Of a stretch of 64,000 nucleotides of DNA, positions 1 to 6,888 are shown piece by piece; the first letter of the stretch is position 1, and each line of letters opens with the position of its first letter. The stretch comes from an uncultured Coriobacteriia bacterium. GTDB taxonomy: Bacteria; Actinomycetota; Coriobacteriia; Anaerosomatales; PALSA-660. Under the pieces are notes generated by a model. That model saw only the letters and a program-made list of their open reading frames with translations. It had not been told where the DNA came from and did not search any database. The stretch is from contig OY968780.1 in assembly GCA_963695385.1 (NCBI GenBank), forward strand, positions 263,321 to 327,320, read 5' to 3'. The translations under genes and the position numbers were made by a program.

Positions 1-209
1 GAGGCCTGGCCGAGAAGGCCGGCCTCTATCTGGAGCTGCGCAAGAGATCGAGGGCAACGTCGTCAGCGCGGGCGACGAGCATCACCTGAAGGGCAGTCGT
101 CTCGGCACTTGGGGGTGCCGTCTCGCATCAGTCACATCCATACGGCCAGCGGTCCGCTATCCGCCAATGACGGAAGGGGCGGCGGTCCGCGAAGGGAGGG
201 GCGGTTGAG

Positions 210-1736
210 ATGGCCACGCACGGCTTGACCTCACAGGATGCTGTGACTTGGGATCGCTTGCTGACGCGTGGCCTCGGCATGGACGCACTCGGAGGCTTCG
301 CATCTCGCGGGGTTCGCCGACGCCGCGTGGGCCTGGTTCTGTTGGCATCGGATGCGGCGATGCTCCTGGCTGCCACGGCCGCGCCGTCGCTGCTCGGTTT
401 CGGCGGGCCCCGGGGGGTCGTGTCGGGGGAGTCGGCCCTCAGTCCGCAGAACGCGCCAGTGGCCATCGCGATGGTCTGTTGCCTGCTCGCGTTCATGTTC
501 TCGCAGAGGCTCTACACTCTCGAGAACCTGGGATGGGGCTCGGGCGAGTTCAGCCGCGTCGCTCAGGCTCTCGGCGTGGGAGTGTCCGCCGTGGTCGTGG
601 TCAGCTTCCTTGAGAACAGTCCGGCACTCTCGCGGGAGTGGGTGGTGCTGGTCTGGGTGATCGGAGCGGCGCTGGTGATGTGCGGGCGCTTCCTCCTGCG
701 CACGGTCGGCGCCCGGCAGATGCGGCGTAGCGGCTGGCTGCGGAGGCCCACACTGATCGTGGGATCGAACCTGGAGGCCGCCGAGATCACCCGCATCATG
801 GCGTCCAACCCGGACTGTGGTCTGGTGCCCGTGGGCACCCTGTCGTCGTCACTCAAGGACAAGCTGTCATTCGACTACTGCGAACCGGCGGTGCCCGTTC
901 TGGGAGCGGCGTCGGACCTGGTCAACGTGGTCGTTGAGAGGGCTATCGACACCGTGGTGATCGTCGCCTCCGCCTTCGACTACGAGATCCAGCAGCGGAT
1001 GATCCGCGATCTGCACGGCATGGACGTGGGCGTTCACATCTCCTCGGGGCTCTCGGGAGTGATGAGGAGCAGGGTGGGGGTCCGTGCTGTCAGCGGTGTG
1101 CCGCTGCTGTCTCTGTCGGGCGTCGCGCTGTCCCCGGTGAGCCTGGTCACCAAGCGGGTGTTCGACCTGATCGTCGGCGGAGCCATCATCGTCATCGGGC
1201 TGCCGCTTTGGATCGTCGTCGCCGCGATGATCAAGGCGAACAGCGAGGGCCCCGTGTTGTTCACTCAGGAGAGGGTCGGCAGGAACGGCAGGCCCTTCCT
1301 CATCTACAAGTTCCGCACGATGGTCGATGGGGCGGAGCGGCGCTTGAAGGATCTGGGCGCGGCCAATGAGGCGGACGGGCCGCTGTTCAAGATCCGCGAG
1401 GATCCTCGGCTGACGGCTGTGGGAAAGAAGCTGCGGAAGTACTCCATAGACGAGTTCCCGCAGCTCATCAACGTGATGAAGGGCGAGATGAGCCTGGTGG
1501 GACCGCGCCCTCCGTTGAAGAACGAGACGACCCAGTACTCGAAGGACGACTGGCACCGGCTCGACGTGCCTCCGGGGATGACAGGCCTCTGGCAGGTGTC
1601 CGGAAGGTCGAACCTCACGTTCAGAGAGATGGTCCGACTGGACACCTACTACGTCGACAACTGGTCTGTGAGACTGGACCTCTCCCTGCTCGTGCGAACG
1701 ATCCCGGCAGTGTTGCTCGCCCGCGGAGCGTGCTGA
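210..1736 (+). CDS. Polyprenyl-phosphate glycosyl-1-phosphate transferase (bacterial sugar transferase family, WbaP/EpsB-like)
   Basis: 508-aa ORF. The C-terminal block 'KRVFDLIVGG...PVLFTQERVGRNGRPFLIYKFRTM...DEFPQLINVMKGEMSLVGPRPP...PGMTGLWQVSGRS' is the signature of this family. There are hydrophobic N-terminal segments. The start codon is uncertain. Confidence 0.85.
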   Translation: MATHGLTSQDAVTWDRLLTRGLGMDALGGFASRGVRRRRVGLVLLASDAAMLLAATAAPSLLGFGGPRGVVSGESALSPQNAPVAIAMVCCLLAFMFSQRLYTLENLGWGSGEFSRVAQALGVGVSAVVVVSFLENSPALSREWVVLVWVIGAALVMCGRFLLRTVGARQMRRSGWLRRPTLIVGSNLEAAEITRIMASNPDCGLVPVGTLSSSLKDKLSFDYCEPAVPVLGAASDLVNVVVERAIDTVVIVASAFDYEIQQRMIRDLHGMDVGVHISSGLSGVMRSRVGVRAVSGVPLLSLSGVALSPVSLVTKRVFDLIVGGAIIVIGLPLWIVVAAMIKANSEGPVLFTQERVGRNGRPFLIYKFRTMVDGAERRLKDLGAANEADGPLFKIREDPRLTAVGKKLRKYSIDEFPQLINVMKGEMSLVGPRPPLKNETTQYSKDDWHRLDVPPGMTGLWQVSGRSNLTFREMVRLDTYYVDNWSVRLDLSLLVRTIPAVLLARGAC

Positions 1737-1796
1737 GGCAAGGGGGTTGTTCCCTGCCCGATTGACTCGTGCGGTCGCTGAGAATACAGTGAACGC

Positions 1797-2186
1797 ATGA
1801 GCATATACTCAGACATCTCAGACGCCGATCCGATCTGCGAGACCCCATCGGTCGACAGTCGAACATCGGCCAGGGTCGCCGCGGCCATCTCGGGCGGGCC
1901 CAGGCGAAAGGCCGCCTGCGACGTCCACGGCGCGATGGCGGACCCGACCCGGCACCGCATCCTCGAAGCTCTCGCCTGCGAGCCCCTCTGCGTGTGTGAT
2001 ATCGCCGGGATCGCGGAGGTCAGCCAATCCGCGGTCTCCCATCAGCTGCGTATCCTGAGGGACCTCGATCTGGTCACCTTCCAACGGGAGGGTCAGAGGG
2101 TCGTCTACCGGCTGTCGGACGAACACGTGCGCACGCTCCTGACGATGGGCCTCGAACACGCGTCCGAGCGGACAGGTGAGAGATGA
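1797..2186 (+). CDS. ArsR/SmtB-family metal-sensing repressor, CadC-like
   Basis: 'ADPTRHRILEALACEPLCVCDIAGIAEVSQSAVSHQLRILRDLDLV' is a winged-HTH with the CVCD metal-site motif of ArsR/CadC. The N-terminal extension carries extra Cys/His. An alternative start is ATG 1935. The stop overlaps ATG 2183 (ATGA). Confidence 0.85.
   Translation: MSIYSDISDADPICETPSVDSRTSARVAAAISGGPRRKAACDVHGAMADPTRHRILEALACEPLCVCDIAGIAEVSQSAVSHQLRILRDLDLVTFQREGQRVVYRLSDEHVRTLLTMGLEHASERTGER
1798..1811. promoter_or_regulatory. Imperfect palindrome TGAGCATATACTCA, candidate ArsR/SmtB-type operator
   Basis: 12 of 14 positions are self-complementary. It is AT-rich in a GC-rich background and lies at the 5' end of the ArsR-family ORF. 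A duplicated CTCAGA follows at 1808..1822. Confidence 0.3.
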
Positions 2187-4369
2187 GTGCCGCGGACGCC
2201 GCGCGCGCTTCATGGCGCGTGACGGGGCTCGATTGACCCGACTGCGCGCGGACCGTGGCCAAGTCCGTATCGCTCGTGCCCGGAGTCATCTCGGCGGACC
2301 TGAGTTTCGCCGGCGGAGTGCTGATGCTCGAGTACGATCCCGCCGCGGATCCGCTGGATGCGGTCGTCTCCGTGTTCCGTTCCGCGGGCCTGGGAGTCGA
2401 GCAGGTCTCCGCGCCAGGTGTCGCCTCGACCTCCCCGGCGCTCCCGACCCCCACCTGGTGGGAGCGTCATGGGCATGTCGCATCCGTGGTCGCGTCAGGC
2501 GTGCTGATCGCGATCGGCTTGGCGCTGCAGGAGGGCGGGAGACCCGCGTTCTCGGGAGCCGCGACGGCCGCGAATCTCGCGGCCGTGCTGGCAGGCGGTC
2601 TGTTCGTGGGCCGGCGCGCCTGGAACTCCGTCCGCGCCCGTTCGCTGGACATGAACGTCCTCATGTCTCTGGCGGTGATAGGCGCCGTGCTCATCGCGGC
2701 TTTCCAGGAAGCGGCCGCCATCGTGTTCCTGTTCTCGCTGGGACAGCTGCTCGAGTCCCGGGCCCTCGATCGGACCCGGCGCTCCATCAGGGACCTCATG
2801 GACCTGACCCCCACGGTCGCTCGGGTCCGTCGGAGTGGGAGCGACGTGAAGGTGGGGCTCGATGAGGCGGTCGTCGGCGACCTGCTGATCGTGAAGCCGG
2901 GGGAGCGGATAGCCCTCGACGGCAAGGTGATCAGGGGAGCGTCGGCGGTCGATGAGGCCGCCATCACCGGTGAGTCGGTGCCGGCCGAGAAGGCGCCGGG
3001 ATCGCTCGTCTACGCGGGGACCGTGAACGCCTCCGGCCTGCTCGAGGTCGAGGTCACAAGCCTGGCGGCCGACTCCACCCTGGCGCGAATCGTGTACCTG
3101 GTGGAGGAGGCGCAGGCGCAGCGGGCCCCGACGCAGCGCCTTGTGGACAGGTTCACTCGCTGGTACACCCCCGCCGTCGTCGGACTCGCCGTGGCGATAG
3201 CGGTCCTCCCGCCGGCAGTCGGCTCGCTCTCTGCGGCCGGCGCGCTACCCTTCGACACGTCCTGGTCGACGTGGTTCTATCGCGCGCTGGTGATGCTGGT
3301 CGTCGCCTGTCCCTGCGCGCTTGTCATCTCGACGCCGGTGGCGATCGTCTCCGCCATCACGCGGGCCACTAGGGACGGGGTGCTGGTCAAGGGCGGCGCG
3401 TTCCTGGAGACCGCAGCGGGGGTGCGCGTCGTGGCGTTCGACAAGACCGGCACGCTGACGTGCGGTCGCCCCGAGGTCACAGATGTCGTGCCGCTGGGGG
3501 CGGAAGACTCGGCGGAGGTGCTGCGCATCGCCGCGACGCTGGAGGCCGGATCGACACATCCCGTCGCGGCGGCGGTCCTTCGCGCCGCAGCGACGACCGG
3601 GGGAGTGGCGACTCTCGAGCAGTTCGAGGATCTCGCGGGCAGAGGCGTCCGCGCGAGGATCGACGGAATCAGCTACAGCATCGGGAGCCCCTCGCACGCG
3701 GAAGGTGACGGCGCGGTGACAGACGCCTCGTCGGCCGGGATCGTGCGTCTCGAGGACGAGGGCAAGTCAGTGCTGGTGCTGTCCCGGGAGGACGTGCCCC
3801 TGGGTCTGATCGCCGTGGCCGACGAGATCCGTCCGGAAGCGCGCGACATCGTGGCGGCCCTGAGGCGCGGCGGCGTCGAGCACGTGGTGATGCTCACCGG
3901 CGACAATCCGCGCACTTCCGCGGCCGTCGCCTCCTTGGCCGGCGTCACCGAGTACCGTGCGCGGCTGCTGCCCTCGGACAAGGTCGACGCCGTGAGGGAG
4001 ATGCAGTCTCGGTTCGGTGTGGTGGCCATGATCGGTGACGGGGTGAACGACGCTCCGGCGCTGGCCGCGGCGGACATCGGTATCGCGATGGGAGCCGCGG
4101 GCAGCGACACCGCGCTCGAGACAGCGGACGTCGCGCTCATGGCGCCCGAATTGCACGAGCTTCCGAGGTTCCTGCGCCTGGGCCGGCGCACGGTGGCCAA
4201 CATCAAGTTCAACGTCGGCTTCTCCATCGTGACGAAGGCGATCGTGCTGGTGATGGCGTTCTTCGGGATGGCGTCTCTGTGGCTGGCCGTATTCGCCGAC
4301 ATGGGCGTGTCGCTGCTCGTGACTCTGAACGGTTTGCGGCTCCTGCGGCCCGGCGAGGCGGACGGCTAG
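2183..4369 (+). CDS. Zn/Cd/Pb-type (P1B-2) heavy-metal P-type ATPase. The uninterrupted ORF starts at GTG 2255, but the HMA domain continues upstream to ATG 2183 across an in-frame TGA (2234..2236).
   Basis: Motifs 'VVACPCALVISTP' (CPC), 'DKTGTLT' and 'GDGVNDAPAL' are present. TM7/8 'NVGFSIVTK' (N-x7-K) and 'ADMG' (DxG) fit the Zn/Cd subgroup. The upstream in-frame translation is MSAADAARASWRVTGLD*PDCARTVAKSV... Confidence 0.8.
2246..2273 (+). other. Hairpin about 10 nt downstream of the in-frame TGA (candidate SECIS-like element)
   Basis: GCG-CGGAC / loop CGTGGCCAA / GTCCG-(tat bulge)-CGC. Five contiguous pairs plus three more across a 3-nt bulge. Found by eye only, in GC-rich DNA where such hairpins arise easily. 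Confidence 0.25.
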
Positions 4370-4370
4370 C
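4365..4370. repeat. Target-site duplication GCTAGC (left copy) of IS481-family element 1
   Basis: An identical hexamer lies at 5401..5406, immediately outside the inverted repeats. Confidence 0.85.
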
Positions 4371-5400
4371 TGAACAGTCCAGACACGTTGTTTACGCGTG
4401 GACCCGCGATATCGGTCGTTGACCGCCGATGCCACCATGCGGTCGGTACAGATTGTAGTACCTGAGGAACGGGTCGAGCTTCTTTGTCCGTTCCTCTGTG
4501 TTCTGGTAGGCGTCCGCGTATGCCCACTCGTTCGTGACGATTCTGACGAACGCCTCTGCCTTGCCGTTGGTTTGTGGCCGGTACGGCCTCGTCTTGCGCA
4601 TGGAAACGCCTCGATGCGCGAGCAGGTCGCGGAACAGATTGGAGCGGTAGCCGGACCCGTTGTCCGTAAGGATCCGGCGCACCTCAATACCGGCGCTCTC
4701 GAAGAAGTCCAAGGCGTGCTCGGCGAAGGAAGCGACGCTCGCGGCGGTCTCGTCGGGCAGAATCTCGACGAAGGCCAGACGCGAGTGGTCGTCGGTCGCG
4801 ACGTGGACGAAGTCCCAACCGATCCCGCGGTCACGTTTGCGCGAGCCGCCGCCGTGGATGCGCTTGCCGCCGCCCTGCCCGATGCGCCCGAGCTTCTTGA
4901 TGTCGAGGTGGATCATGTCACCAGGCTCAGGCCACTCGTAGCGCACCGTCTTGTCCCGCTCGACGCTTTGCAGGCGGTTCAGGCCGAGCCGACGCAGGAC
5001 GGCGTGCACCGTCGAGCCGGCGATGCCGAGTTGCCAGCCCAGGAAGTGCGGGCCGCGACGAAACCGCAGGCGGGCCCTGGCGATGCGCTTCATGGTTTCG
5101 CGGCCGACCTGGGGACGGGTGCGATGCGGGCGTGAACTCGCGTCGCGCAGAGCGTCGGGACCTTGGCGCCGGAATCGATTGACCCACTTGCTCGCGGTCT
5201 GTCGTGAAACGCCGGCAGCGCGTGCCGCGCTGCCAACCGTCCAGCCGGCGGCGACTCGCTCGACCATCAGGGCTCGCTGGTAGACGGACAAGCGGGCGTT
5301 AGGATGTTGCACGAGGACCCCTCTCTTCGGCTGTGGCGTAGACAACCAACAACCGACAGGAAGGGGTCCTCACCTGTCAACAACCTATGTGGACTGTTCA
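4371..5400 (-). mobile_element. IS481-family insertion sequence (copy 1, 1030 bp)
   Basis: Terminal inverted repeats are TGAACAGTCCAGACACGTTGTT (left) and the reverse complement of the right end, TGAACAGTCCACATAGGTTGTT (19/22 match). It carries a single rve/DDE transposase ORF and is flanked by a GCTAGC duplication. Confidence 0.9.
4392..5345 (-). CDS. IS481-family transposase (HTH + integrase-core DDE domain)
   Basis: '...GWTVGSAARAAGVSRQTASKWVNRFR...GDMIHLDIKKLGRI...WDFVHVATDDHSRLAFVEIL...ILTDNGSGYRS...[17 protein letters not shown]...[13 protein letters not shown]'. By alignment with copy 2, the homologous start may be GTG 5312. Confidence 0.9.
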   Translation of the reverse strand: MSTPQPKRGVLVQHPNARLSVYQRALMVERVAAGWTVGSAARAAGVSRQTASKWVNRFRRQGPDALRDASSRPHRTRPQVGRETMKRIARARLRFRRGPHFLGWQLGIAGSTVHAVLRRLGLNRLQSVERDKTVRYEWPEPGDMIHLDIKKLGRIGQGGGKRIHGGGSRKRDRGIGWDFVHVATDDHSRLAFVEILPDETAASVASFAEHALDFFESAGIEVRRILTDNGSGYRSNLFRDLLAHRGVSMRKTRPYRPQTNGKAEAFVRIVTNEWAYADAYQNTEERTKKLDPFLRYYNLYRPHGGIGGQRPISRVHA

Positions 5401-5406
5401 GCTAGC
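5401..5406. repeat. Target-site duplication GCTAGC (right copy) of IS481-family element 1
   Basis: Identical to 4365..4370. Confidence 0.85.
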
Positions 5407-6217
5407 TGCCCTGGGTCAGCGTCTCGTTCAGGGAACCGGTGCGGTAGCCGTCGAGATCCTGCGCGACGTAGGCGAATCCGGCCAGATGGATGACGTCGGC
5501 GATCCGATCCCTCATCTCCCAGGCGCGCTGCATCTCGGCCGGATCGACCTCGACGCGTGCCACATCCCCGTGGGCCCGCACCCGGAACTGACGCAGACCC
5601 AGGGCCCGCAGCCCCTCCTCGGCGCCGGCCACGCTCGTGAGCCCGTCGTGGGTGATCTCCTGGCCGTAGGGGAAGCGGGACGCCAGGCATGCCATCGACG
5701 GCTTGTCCCACGTCGGCAGTCCCAGCATGCGCGAGACCTCCCGCACATCGTTCTTGCTCATCCCCGCATCCTGGAGCGGGCTCACCACGCCGAACTCCTG
5801 GCAGGCACGCCTTCCGGGCCGGTGATCTCCAAGGTCGGTGCCGGTGGACCCGTCGGCCACATGCCTCAGGCCTCGCACGTCGGCGACCGCTCGCAGCATG
5901 CTGAAGAGCTCGAGCTTGCAGTAGTAGCAGCGGTCGACGGGATTGGAGCGGAATCGCGGGTCCGCGAGTTCGTGGGTGTCGACCTCGTGCAGCCGCAGAC
6001 CGAGTTCCGCGGCCGTCCGCCTGGCGGAATCGACCTCGGAAGTGGAAGCGGTGTCCGACACGGCGAGCACCGCCAGGGTGTCGCCGCCCAGGACCGAGTG
6101 TGCGGCGACCGCGAGGAGGGTCGAGTCGACGCCGCCCGAATAGGCGACCAGCACGCTGCCGAGGTTGCTCAAGCGGGCACGGAGCAGGTCGTACTTCTCG
6201 GGCGGGGTGGAGGGCAT
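5402..6217 (-). CDS. larE: LarE-family PP-loop ATP pyrophosphatase / sulfur transferase (TIGR00268-like)
   Basis: Contains the PP-loop 'VAYSGGVDSTLL', 'DRCYYCK', 'PSMACLASRFPYG' and 'RVRAHGDVARVEV'. Confidence 0.75.
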   Translation of the reverse strand: MPSTPPEKYDLLRARLSNLGSVLVAYSGGVDSTLLAVAAHSVLGGDTLAVLAVSDTASTSEVDSARRTAAELGLRLHEVDTHELADPRFRSNPVDRCYYCKLELFSMLRAVADVRGLRHVADGSTGTDLGDHRPGRRACQEFGVVSPLQDAGMSKNDVREVSRMLGLPTWDKPSMACLASRFPYGQEITHDGLTSVAGAEEGLRALGLRQFRVRAHGDVARVEVDPAEMQRAWEMRDRIADVIHLAGFAYVAQDLDGYRTGSLNETLTQGS

Positions 6218-6263
6218 CTACGCTCCGGTTCGCGGTGGCGGGGTCTCGATTATAGCGCCGGGG

Positions 6264-6806
6264 CTACGGGCGCGGCTGGTCCGGTCGCCAGCGGCACTCG
6301 TTGCCGGCGCCGACGTAGCGGGCCGCGACGTAGAGGAAGTCGCTCGCGCGGTTGAGGAAGGCCAGCACCTGCGGGTCGAGCGTCTGGTCGGCAGCGACGG
6401 CCACCGCTGCCCGCTCCGCGCGGCGGGTCACCGCCCTCGCGACGTGAAGGCGTGCCGAGCTCTCGTCGCAGCCAGGAAGGACGAATCCCTCGAAGCCGCC
6501 GCCTCGCGCCGAGTATCGGTCTATCGTCTGCTCGAGAGACACCACGTCCTCGGCGCAGATGGGGGGTGCTCCACCGGCTGGCGTGGGCGAGACGGCCGCG
6601 CCGCAGTTGAAGAGGCGTTGCTGGACGAACTCGAGGACGTCGTCGAGTTCGCTGTCGATCACCGAGGGCCGGGCGAGGCCGATGAAGCAGTTGGCCTCGT
6701 CGAGGGCTCCGAGCATCTCGATACGCGGGTCGGTCTTGGCCACGCGACTGCCGTCGGGCAGCGCCGTCGTACCGGAGTCGCCGCCTCCCGTGTAGATGTC
6801 GCTCAT
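6264..6806 (-). CDS. PduO-type ATP:cob(I)alamin adenosyltransferase
   Basis: 'IYTGGGDSGTTALPDGSRVAKTDPRIEMLGALDEANCFIGLA' is the typical N-terminus of the family. Start taken at MSDIYTGGGD; the ORF extends to 6854. Confidence 0.85.
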   Translation of the reverse strand: MSDIYTGGGDSGTTALPDGSRVAKTDPRIEMLGALDEANCFIGLARPSVIDSELDDVLEFVQQRLFNCGAAVSPTPAGGAPPICAEDVVSLEQTIDRYSARGGGFEGFVLPGCDESSARLHVARAVTRRAERAAVAVAADQTLDPQVLAFLNRASDFLYVAARYVGAGNECRWRPDQPRP

Positions 6807-6888
6807 GACAACTCCCTCGGTGACGGATCCTCGGGCCGGACTCCCTGCGGACATGGAAGCATATTACCCCGTTGCCCAGGCGGGCCGG

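Noticed and set aside
2176-2865. 229-aa alternative-frame ORF starting near the ArsR stop
   Set aside because: It overlaps the ATPase in another frame. Its translation is Arg-rich low complexity. The ATPase frame carries the HMA and TM motifs.
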